Shown piece after piece: positions 1-7,276 of a stretch of 32,000 nt of DNA. The translations under genes and the position numbers were made by a program. The stretch is from Acaryochloris marina MBIC11017 (GTDB lineage: Bacteria > Cyanobacteriota > Cyanobacteriia > Thermosynechococcales > Thermosynechococcaceae): the NCBI RefSeq assembly GCF_000018105.1, contig NC_009926.1:120001-152000 (forward strand). The letters are read 5' to 3'. Under the pieces are notes generated by a model that saw nothing but the letters and a program-made list of their open reading frames with translations, was not told where the DNA came from and made no database searches. Positions within the stretch are counted from its first letter, which is position 1, and every line of letters begins with the position of its first letter.

Positions 1-99
1 CCGCAAATGAATAGGGTTGTATTGACGATAAAATCGCCAAGAGAGGAATTGGGCCTAAAGAATTTGTCAGTCTTGATGCGTGTCAATTTCTCTTTACTA

Positions 100-113
100 A
101 CTGAGTACTCAGT
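100..113. promoter_or_regulatory. perfect 14-bp palindrome ACTGAGTACTCAGT (candidate operator)
   Basis: Read directly. Self-complementary over all 14 nt. Lies in an AT-rich stretch ~100 nt upstream of the small ORFs at 211 and 363. Confidence 0.2.
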
Positions 114-210
114 AACTCTTGGATTTCCGTAAACTCTCGGATACAGAACACACTAGAGTTTATTTACTATAGAGGAATAAATAAATATATAAATCTAGTA
201 ATCAATAACT

Positions 211-327
211 ATGTCACCGTTAGAAAAAGAACTTCTTCCTATAGATGAGACTGAAGTATTCCCAGAAAATGACGAGCTAGAGATTGTAGACCTTGATGAT
301 CTACTGAAAGAACTACAGCAAGATTGA
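211..327 (+). CDS. possible 38-aa highly acidic small ORF (MSPLEKELLPIDETEVFPENDELEIVDLDDLLKELQQD)
   Basis: ATG at 211 and TGA at 325-327, translated by eye. Below the size cutoff of the ORF track. No recognisable family and no clear SD. Confidence 0.15.
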   Translation: MSPLEKELLPIDETEVFPENDELEIVDLDDLLKELQQD

Positions 328-362
328 GGCTTAGAAATACTACTCGAAAAGATTAACCCTAC

Positions 363-602
363 ATGGATCCTAATAGCCTTGCAGTCTGGAAAAACTTAGA
401 GACTCATCTGGGTACTCCTTTCAGGAGAAATATGGTGGATCTCGTGTTGGAGAGTGTTCAAAACCGGGGGAGACCCTTATCTGCTGTTTTTAGAACATCA
501 CTCTGTAGATATGGACTTCGACTGCTGCCCGAAATCCAAGATTCTTATGTCATAGACGAAGATCACCGATCAGAATACTTACTCTTACATCCAAGTATTT
601 AG
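363..602 (+). CDS. hypothetical protein, 79 aa
   Basis: ORF track, ATG start. No family recognised. Lies in a compositionally AT-rich segment. Confidence 0.3.
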   Translation: MDPNSLAVWKNLETHLGTPFRRNMVDLVLESVQNRGRPLSAVFRTSLCRYGLRLLPEIQDSYVIDEDHRSEYLLLHPSI

Positions 603-778
603 GAAACAGAACCCCTTTCTCTGCAGGTTTTTTCCCGGTTTCGAACACTCTTCAGGTTGATCTGAAAAATAGCTCATCATGACAACTATCATATTTAGAT
701 GTCTTCCAGTGCTTGGTGACCAGGATGAATACAGGATCGCCTACCTCTACTACTATTAGCAGTTAATAACAGTCAGAT

Positions 779-1225
779 TTAGCTCAAACCGCCCAACCGA
801 ATACCTACCCCCATCACCACGAATAATACAGCTAGGGTAGTGACACCAATAATGTGAAAGGCCAGCTCATTCAAGGTCTCTTGGGTCAGCTTCGGAATGA
901 TAAAAAAGCGAGCATGAAGGGCGAGAGCCAATGTGCCCAGAAGTAGAGACAGCTTAATAGCTATATAGATCGATAGATATGACTGGAAAGCCAAGAAGTT
1001 CTGGAAGCCGGGGAAATAAATCCAGGTCAGCCACACCCCAGTAATCGTCTGAAGCAGCAATGACGCAAGACCAAATCCTTCAAAGTGCTCTTCAAAGGTA
1101 TGGATGCGATCTGGATCTCGATTTTGCATGGCCAAAGGCAACACCGTAACTGCCAGGACCAAATGTCCACCCGTCCAAACTGTTGCACCCAATGTATGCA
1201 GAATAACTAGGAGTTTGAATAGCAT
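779..1225 (-). CDS. CopD-like 4-TM integral membrane protein (148 aa)
   Basis: ATG at 1225 with AGGAAG ~15 nt upstream. Four hydrophobic segments. The N-terminal LHTLGATVWTGGHLVL resembles the CopD-family H..(a)..W.GG motif. Same strand as PTOX and norB, downstream of them. Confidence 0.6.
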   Translation of the reverse strand: MLFKLLVILHTLGATVWTGGHLVLAVTVLPLAMQNRDPDRIHTFEEHFEGFGLASLLLQTITGVWLTWIYFPGFQNFLAFQSYLSIYIAIKLSLLLGTLALALHARFFIIPKLTQETLNELAFHIIGVTTLAVLFVVMGVGIRLGGLS

Positions 1226-1347
1226 CGCCGTGGTTTCTGCTTCCTGAACCTGATAGAAAATTGAGCAATGTCCACTGTTTATAATCGATATCCCTTACCG
1301 CTCAAAAAAAGAGATGAGGGAACTCAAGATTTTCAGCAAGAACAAAC

Positions 1348-2028
1348 TTAGGACACTACGGGAGCATCTTCAGCAGTCAATGCGGGGGGAGTATGTGGAC
1401 TGAGAAGGGATTGCTGGGCTTCAGGTTGCTGGCAGGCCACCATTGTTTTGACATGTTCCATCTCATCATCGCGGATGGCCACAAATACGTCATACAGTGT
1501 ATCAACCTGAGGACGGCGTTCTGCTGCTTGATGTGCGGTTTGGAATTCATCAAACATGTAGAGATCACCATCTCGGTAATACTGAATCGCGACGTCTGGG
1601 GCTGGTAGGGTTTTGAGGTGTTCAGCTTCTGTCTGCAAGAACTTGTCGTAGGAGGCATAGGCATGCTCTTCCACTAGCTCCATAAAATGGTAGGCCGAGC
1701 GGGGAGAAACTACGTATAACACCGCAATCACCCAGTAGTAAATCAAGGCGGTGGTTTTGGCCAAGAAGCGATCACCCCAAAATTCGGCACCCCCTAAAGA
1801 TTCCATAATCAGGAGGTGATGAAGCTCATTCCAAGATTCGGCAAAGTGAATTTTGAGCCAGTCCGCCTTACGCCAGAGGCCTAGCGTTTCGTACAAGTGG
1901 AGAACGGATAGATAGGAAAAGTAGGGGACTCGTGCAACGGTTTCAAGTACGTAAAAACGGGGATAGGGACGATTGGCATAGATCTTATTGATGACAAACA
2001 CCAAAATGCCAACAAGAATACGAATCAT
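1348..2028 (-). CDS. ptox: plastoquinol terminal oxidase / alternative oxidase family di-iron quinol oxidase
   Basis: AOX/PTOX di-iron carboxylate motifs are present: LETVARVP, NELHHLLIME (ExxH), ELVEEHAYASY and RDDEMEH (ExxH). ATG at 2028. Begins 46 nt downstream of the norB stop on the same strand. Confidence 0.85.
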   Translation of the reverse strand: MIRILVGILVFVINKIYANRPYPRFYVLETVARVPYFSYLSVLHLYETLGLWRKADWLKIHFAESWNELHHLLIMESLGGAEFWGDRFLAKTTALIYYWVIAVLYVVSPRSAYHFMELVEEHAYASYDKFLQTEAEHLKTLPAPDVAIQYYRDGDLYMFDEFQTAHQAAERRPQVDTLYDVFVAIRDDEMEHVKTMVACQQPEAQQSLLSPHTPPALTAEDAPVVS

Positions 2029-2074
2029 ACTGGTAAGCCTCTAAAAAGCAACAGACATTAGGGTATGGATGAAA

Positions 2075-4387
2075 TCAAAGAGAGGTAATCTCAGTAGTAA
2101 GTGCTGGAGGTTGTGCTTGAGTGGGCTGTTGCCAAATGGCAATCACAGCTCGACCAACGCTCATCACCAGTACCAAAGCCCCCACAGCAAAGACCATATC
2201 GCCAGGAATTCTCAGCCAAACGGTCCAGTGCATCCAGGCGGAATTGATGACCTCTGCGCTGCGGGCATACCAAGTGCCATGGTTGATGGACTGCACCAGT
2301 TGATAGAAGCCGTTGGGAATCAAGCCAAATACCATCATGATCACTAAGCCCCCGTTAATCCACCAAAAAGAGAAGTTGAAATTTTTCTCATCCCAGGCAT
2401 GATCCGGCGTGATTTCCCGTAAGGCAAATAGCATTAGGGCGATGGCGAGGGAGCCATATACGCCATACAGGGCGGAGTGGGCATGAATGGGAGTTGTATT
2501 TAGACCTTGGGAATAGTACAGAACAATCGGTGGATTGATCAGGAAGCCAAACACACCAGCACCCACTAGATTCCAGAAACAAGTGGCGATAAAAAACTTA
2601 AGGGGTAGCCGATAAAAGCCTTGAGCCTCTTTAGAGAGCTTCAGGGACTTAACGACTTCAAACCCGATGAGGGTAAGAGGGACCACCTCTAGAGCCGAGG
2701 CTACAGACCCCATCGCCGTAATAAAGACCGGGGTGCCCGCAAAGTAGAGATGGTGGAGTGTGCCAATCACACCACTCCCTAGATAGAGAATCGTGGTGAG
2801 GTAGGTGGCTTTCAGTGCAGTCGATCGTTTCAGAAAGCCCAGTTCGCTGCAAAGGTAGGCAATCGCCACCGTGGCAAACACTTCAAAGAATCCCTCAACC
2901 CAAAGATGGACCACCCACCAACGCCAATATTCGGCAATGCTCAAGGGCGTATGGTTGGAATACATCAAGCCGGACGCATAAAACAAGGGAATGGTAATGG
3001 CGCTGTACAGGAAGAAATGATTGAGTCCCGTTTTGTTGCCTTCCGCCTTAAGGGCGGGTTTCAGGGCTCGGAACATCAGCCATAGCCAAAACACCATGCC
3101 ACCAATTAACAGCAACTGCCAAAGACGGCCCAGCTCTACATACTCATAGCCTTGGTGACCGAACCAGAAACTTTTATCTCCTAGCCAGCCCTGGACACCG
3201 GCCCAAGTGCCTAACAAAGAACCGACGACAACCACGGTAAGGGCGGCCAATAGTCCGCCATTGCCCCAGGCTTGAAATTTCGGTTCATGTTTGCCAAAGC
3301 GGGGGCCAAAATACAGCCCTGCTGCCAACCAGCAAGTGGCAATCCAAAAGACAGCAAGCTGTAAGTGCCAGGTGCGGGAAGCAGCATAAGGCATATATTG
3401 CTGAATGGGAATTCCATAGAAACCCTCTCCCTCGACAGCATAGTGGGCCGTCACCATGCCCATCAGGATTTGAACCAAACAAAGGATCATCGCCACACCA
3501 AAAAAGAGGGTTGTCACTTTCTGGCTAGGGGTGGCGAGGCGAATGGCAGGGCGGGTGGTGACGGGCTGTACGTCTTCCGCATCTTCTTGGGTAATGTAGA
3601 CAAACAAGAAAAAAGCAATGGCTGCAATTAAGACCACCACTGACACAATGGACCAGATCAGAAATTGTCCAGGCGCTTGATTACCAATCAGATCATCGTG
3701 GGGAAAGTTAGCGGTGTAAGAGAAGGGAGCATTGGGGCGGTTGGCTGAGGCTGCCCAGGCGGTCCAGCTAAAAAAGGCAGTAACCGAGTGGATTTGTCCC
3801 TCATCAGCAAACCAGCCACTAGGAATGGAGTGGATCGAAGATCCTTGGGAGAGCAAGGTTTGATAGTCTTCAAAGACCCTCTGTAGTCCTTGAGTTTGGG
3901 CTGAGGTGAGGGCCAAGGTGTCCGAGTGGGTATCGTAACGATTGGCCTTAAAGTTCTGCTGGACTTGGACGGTCAGGGTGGCGCGGTCAACCTCTGATAA
4001 TTGTTCGAAATCCGCTTGACTGAAGTCAGGATCACCGTCATACAGGACACCCGCAGTGGCTAATCCCCAGCGATGGAGGACATCTGCGGTCCAGTCTGGA
4101 GCTAGATAGCTGCCATGTCCCCAGACACTGCCAATATGCTGGCCGCCTCGGGCCAGGTAGGTTTCTTGGCCGGATTGAATATCGGTCTGGGTAAGGATCG
4201 TTTCCTGTTGAGGCGACACGATCTGAGCGGGGATGGGCGGTGCATTTTTATAAATGGCTGCCCCCGCCGTGAGTAGAACGGTAAAGGTGACGATACAAAT
4301 CAGGGCTAGCCATGCGGGTAAGCCCATAGATGGGCGGCGCGATCTCAAGTTCGTCGCTACAGTGTTATCAAAAGCTGGGTTGGCCAT
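2075..4387 (-). CDS. norB: quinol-dependent nitric oxide reductase large subunit (qNOR, NorB/NorZ type)
   Basis: ~770 aa. One N-terminal TM plus a periplasmic extension, followed by a 12-TM heme-copper-oxidase-like core (GHQGYEYVELGRLWQ, HHLYF, HAHSALYG). The ORF-track start at 4402 is TTG. The first ATG is at 4387 (MANPAFD...). Confidence 0.9.
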   Translation of the reverse strand: MANPAFDNTVATNLRSRRPSMGLPAWLALICIVTFTVLLTAGAAIYKNAPPIPAQIVSPQQETILTQTDIQSGQETYLARGGQHIGSVWGHGSYLAPDWTADVLHRWGLATAGVLYDGDPDFSQADFEQLSEVDRATLTVQVQQNFKANRYDTHSDTLALTSAQTQGLQRVFEDYQTLLSQGSSIHSIPSGWFADEGQIHSVTAFFSWTAWAASANRPNAPFSYTANFPHDDLIGNQAPGQFLIWSIVSVVVLIAAIAFFLFVYITQEDAEDVQPVTTRPAIRLATPSQKVTTLFFGVAMILCLVQILMGMVTAHYAVEGEGFYGIPIQQYMPYAASRTWHLQLAVFWIATCWLAAGLYFGPRFGKHEPKFQAWGNGGLLAALTVVVVGSLLGTWAGVQGWLGDKSFWFGHQGYEYVELGRLWQLLLIGGMVFWLWLMFRALKPALKAEGNKTGLNHFFLYSAITIPLFYASGLMYSNHTPLSIAEYWRWWVVHLWVEGFFEVFATVAIAYLCSELGFLKRSTALKATYLTTILYLGSGVIGTLHHLYFAGTPVFITAMGSVASALEVVPLTLIGFEVVKSLKLSKEAQGFYRLPLKFFIATCFWNLVGAGVFGFLINPPIVLYYSQGLNTTPIHAHSALYGVYGSLAIALMLFALREITPDHAWDEKNFNFSFWWINGGLVIMMVFGLIPNGFYQLVQSINHGTWYARSAEVINSAWMHWTVWLRIPGDMVFAVGALVLVMSVGRAVIAIWQQPTQAQPPALTTEITSL

Positions 4388-4533
4388 CGTTGCAATCCCC
4401 AAAAATAGTTTTGCTCCTAACAGCCCCTTTTATAAGTGGGGAGGAGTCGAACCCGAAGAGCTAGGTTCGTCCAATGCTGAGCGGGTCTGGAGGAGATGCC
4501 TCTCACTCTAAGAGACTCAGTTCGGCTCATTCT

Positions 4534-4547
4534 TTGACTTAAGTCAA
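4534..4547. promoter_or_regulatory. FNR/Dnr/NnrR-type box TTGAC-TTAA-GTCAA
   Basis: Perfect 14-bp palindrome with 5-4-5 FNR-family geometry. Lies in the divergent norB / crp-family intergenic region, ~130-150 nt from either start codon. Confidence 0.5.
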
Positions 4548-4681
4548 GCAACCAATTAAAAGATACTTAAATCTGAGTCTCGGCTATTTAAAGTTGCAGA
4601 GTCTTAGCAAGGGGCTAATGTGCTGTCGAGGCTGTTTACAGGCCTTCGTCATACTTGGGATTCTGGGCAGAGTGTAGGTAG

Positions 4682-5374
4682 ATGATAGACACCGCTGACG
4701 TAGCAGATTGGTTAGAGACAACCGTGATTTTTCGTGGCTTATCCGCAGAACAACGCCAGGCCCTGACCCAAACTGCTCAAATTCAACCCTTTAAGAAGGG
4801 TGAGCAAATCTTCCACCCAGACCAAGAGGCGACGGGATTTTATTTTGTGAAGTCGGGGCGAGTTAAAGTTTTTCAGATGTCTGCCAAAGGCAAAGAGCAA
4901 ATTTTGAATATTTTTACCGAGGGGGATAACTTTGCGGATGTTCCGGCTTTAGATGGCCAATCCTTTCCGGCTTCCGCTGCAGCTCTGGAACCTGCAGACC
5001 TGATTTTTTTTCCGCGCTACCCGTTTCTGGATTTTCTCCATCACAATCCTGATGTGGCGGTACAAATGTTGGTTAGCCTCTTTAGCCATCTGCGCCATCT
5101 GGCCCAATTGGTTGAACAACTGTCGTTTAAGAGTGTGCCTCAGCGTTTGGCAACCTACCTGTTAAGTTTGGGTGATACGGTCAGCGATACGGTCTATCTG
5201 GACCTAACCAAAGGCCAACTGGCAGCAAGGCTGGGGACTATCCCTGCTACTCTGTCTCGGGCGTTTTATCAACTCAGTAGTGATGGCATGATTGCGATCT
5301 CAGGTTCCAAAGTGACGATACTAGATCGAGATCGCCTCACAGTCTTAATTCAATCCCCAGAAACTCCTGATTAG
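4682..5374 (+). CDS. Crp/Fnr family transcriptional regulator (cNMP-binding-like domain + C-terminal HTH)
   Basis: Has the beta-roll signature (FYFVKSGRVKVF...GKEQIL) and a C-terminal HTH (TKGQLAARLGTIPATLSRAFYQL). There is no cysteine anywhere in the protein, so it is not an Fe-S FNR. Confidence 0.85.
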   Translation: MIDTADVADWLETTVIFRGLSAEQRQALTQTAQIQPFKKGEQIFHPDQEATGFYFVKSGRVKVFQMSAKGKEQILNIFTEGDNFADVPALDGQSFPASAAALEPADLIFFPRYPFLDFLHHNPDVAVQMLVSLFSHLRHLAQLVEQLSFKSVPQRLATYLLSLGDTVSDTVYLDLTKGQLAARLGTIPATLSRAFYQLSSDGMIAISGSKVTILDRDRLTVLIQSPETPD

Positions 5375-5398
5375 GCTTTCTATTCCGCGTTGCAGGTA

Positions 5399-6250
5399 CT
5401 ACACAAAACTAATTTGCTCGGATGAATAAGACTTGGGTTCGAGGTGAGTCGTGGCCCGGACAGGGGCATACTTTTGGTCCAGAATGGCTTCCACCTTTTC
5501 TGTGATTTGATGGGCCACTTCAACACTATCTGAGTCAACCACCAGGTGCATTTCGATAAAAGCTTGTCGTCCCAACACCCCCCGTGAAGCAATATCGTGA
5601 CAGTTGAGGACTCCAGGCACATTAATGACGGCGTCATGGATGGCTTCTGGGGCAATAGCCATTTTATCCACCAGCCAACACCAACACGCAGACTGGAAAT
5701 GCCAACAGCACATCGACCCACTGATAGCCAAACCCCACACCGACCAAGCCGAGCATAACCATGGCAGTGACCCAAATATCGCTCATCGTATGTTGGGCAT
5801 CTGATAGCAGAATACTGCTGTCGACCCGCTCACCCACTCGACGTTCATACACCGCCACCCCAATATTAATGACCAGCACCACCAACAATAGCTCTAAGAC
5901 TTGAGGAGACATCTCTACTAAAGACCCTGGGTTAACCAGATGGCCCACCGCCCTTCTAAAATCTCAAAACAGGCAATTCCTAAAAAGGCTGCAATGCCCA
6001 ATGCGCCAATGGCATCGAATTTCTGGTGTTCATAGGGATGTTCTCGATCCGGTTCGGGGGATGCCAATCGGTTCATCGTTAATCCCAGGACATTATTGGC
6101 ACTATCCGTAATGCTATGGAGGGCATCTGCAAATAAACTGAGGGACCCTGTCCACCATCCCAGCCCAACCTTAATGAGCATCACGGTCACATTTAAAAAC
6201 AAGACTGTGACGAGCACATTACGCACATCTTGGCGATTATCAAGGGTCAT
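5399..6250 (-). pseudogene. cation diffusion facilitator (CDF) metal efflux gene split over three ORF pieces
   Basis: Piece 5918-6250 holds TM1-2 (SLSLFADALHSITD, HPYEHQKFD). Piece 5664-5948 holds TM3-6 (DAQHTMSD) in another frame. Piece 5399-5740 holds the cytoplasmic C-terminal domain (LVDKMAIAPEAIHDAVINVPGV...) and is back in the first frame. Confidence 0.6.
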
Positions 6251-6297
6251 GGAGCTACTGGGGATGTTTTTACTTGAGACCTGCTATTGAGAGCAAT

Positions 6298-6312
6298 CAT
6301 CAATCATTGATG
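6298..6312. promoter_or_regulatory. 7-1-7 palindrome CATCAAT-C-ATTGATG (Fur/Zur-family-like operator candidate)
   Basis: Perfect arms, read directly. Lies 48-62 nt upstream of the CDF start codon. Contains the AATCATT core of Fur-type boxes. Confidence 0.3.
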
Positions 6313-6355
6313 TGGCTTACTGCAACTTTTAGAAGCCAGTAGAACAAGTAATTTA

Positions 6356-6369
6356 TTGATTTAAATCAA
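6356..6369. promoter_or_regulatory. perfect FNR consensus box TTGAT-TTAA-ATCAA
   Basis: Exact match to the classical TTGAT-N4-ATCAA. ~106 nt upstream of the CDF start and ~365 nt upstream of feoA. Shares the central TTAA with the box at 4534. Confidence 0.45.
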
Positions 6370-6510
6370 AATTATTATTTATTGTTATGGAAACTCGATA
6401 ACCCATTTTCTGAGTCGAATTGATTGTAGTGGAGGAATTTCCACGGTCTTGACGAACGACAACTTCATTAAAACAGTCTAAAAAGAGTAGACGCAAAAAG
6501 GCTGCTTATT

Positions 6511-6529
6511 GATAATTACTATTAATTGA
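6511..6529. promoter_or_regulatory. Fur-box-like AT-rich site GATAATTACTATTAATTGA
   Basis: About 11/19 matches to GATAATGATAATCATTATC. Flanked by 7-bp inverted repeats GCTTATT...AATAAGC (6504-6535). Lies upstream of feoA. Confidence 0.3.
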
Positions 6530-6659
6530 ATAAGCTATACATCTAGCATTTCATGTAGACAGCTCGTGAGTTAGTTAGGAATGGCTATCAAATGTCCAAC
6601 AGCTTGCTGCTGCGATCAACAGTAATGCTTTGATCTTTTCAAAATTATATTTTTAGATT

Positions 6660-6682
6660 CTGCTGATACGACTGGTCAGCAG
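6660..6682 (+). other. hairpin CTGCTGA-N9-TCAGCAG in the feoA leader, followed by a T-rich tract
   Basis: Perfect 7-bp stem, read directly. The downstream sequence is accgtttctgattctcttgttg. Lies 53 nt upstream of the feoA ATG. Confidence 0.25.
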
Positions 6683-6734
6683 ACCGTTTCTGATTCTCTT
6701 GTTGAGGAAATTCTGGTTGTGACGATTAACCTGT

Positions 6735-7274
6735 ATGGACCTACCTAATTCTTGTCAGAGCTTGGCAAATATGCAACCGCCACAACAACTGTGGATTGTT
6801 GGCTATCAAAAAAGTGCCAAGACGAATCAACTAATCGGTATGGGGCTGGCACCCGGGACCGCCATTGAAATCTTACAGATGGTCGCTGGCAATTTGGTGG
6901 TTCGCATCGGCGAAACCCGCATTGGTCTCAACCAGGATATTGCTGAGCAAATTTTAGTGTCGGATCAGCCGTTAACAGCTCCAGAAAACGTCATGAGAGA
7001 CCCTGCCAACATGGAACAAATCGCCCCCTTAACCCTTAAAGATTTCCAGCTTCACCAAACAGGCAAGGTCAAAGGTTTTGCGGATACGGATACCCCAGAC
7101 CTTAGAGCCTATAAAAAGAAGCTATTGGCCATGGGTCTTACCCCTGGCACTGAATTTACCGTGACCCATATAGCTCCCCTCGGTGATCCCGTAGAAATCA
7201 AAGTTCGAGGGTTTCGCCTTAGCCTTCGTCAAGCGGAGGCTGCCTTATTGATTGTCCAAGAGGTGCAGGAATAG
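6735..7274 (+). CDS. feoA: FeoA, tandem two-domain form (179 aa)
   Basis: Two FeoA/SH3-like repeats, each with the L..MGL.PGT...V motif (LIGMGLAPGTAIEIL and LLAMGLTPGTEFTV). Stop codon is 2 nt before the feoB ATG. Confidence 0.85.
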   Translation: MDLPNSCQSLANMQPPQQLWIVGYQKSAKTNQLIGMGLAPGTAIEILQMVAGNLVVRIGETRIGLNQDIAEQILVSDQPLTAPENVMRDPANMEQIAPLTLKDFQLHQTGKVKGFADTDTPDLRAYKKKLLAMGLTPGTEFTVTHIAPLGDPVEIKVRGFRLSLRQAEAALLIVQEVQE

Positions 7275-7276
7275 TC

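Noticed and set aside
1377-1664. ORFs 1377-1664 (-) and 1393-1608 (+) inside the PTOX gene
   Set aside because: Both are nested in or antisense to the PTOX frame, which carries all four di-iron motifs.
4436-4475. tRNA-like T-arm sequence (GAGTCGAACCC, reverse complement GGGTTCGACTC) upstream of norB
   Set aside because: The flanking bases give at most 3 bp of T-stem. No acceptor stem, anticodon arm or CCA-compatible end could be built on either strand.
2069-4511. Numerous 60-95 aa ORFs nested in or antisense to norB (for example 2069-2347, 3365-3631, 4254-4511)
   Set aside because: All overlap the 770-aa qNOR frame, which has unambiguous family motifs. Their compositions are typical of out-of-frame translation.
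5380-5775. 131-aa ORF overlapping the CDF C-terminal region in a third frame
   Set aside because: Trp/Cys-rich nonsense composition. The overlapping frame carries clear CDF C-terminal-domain similarity.
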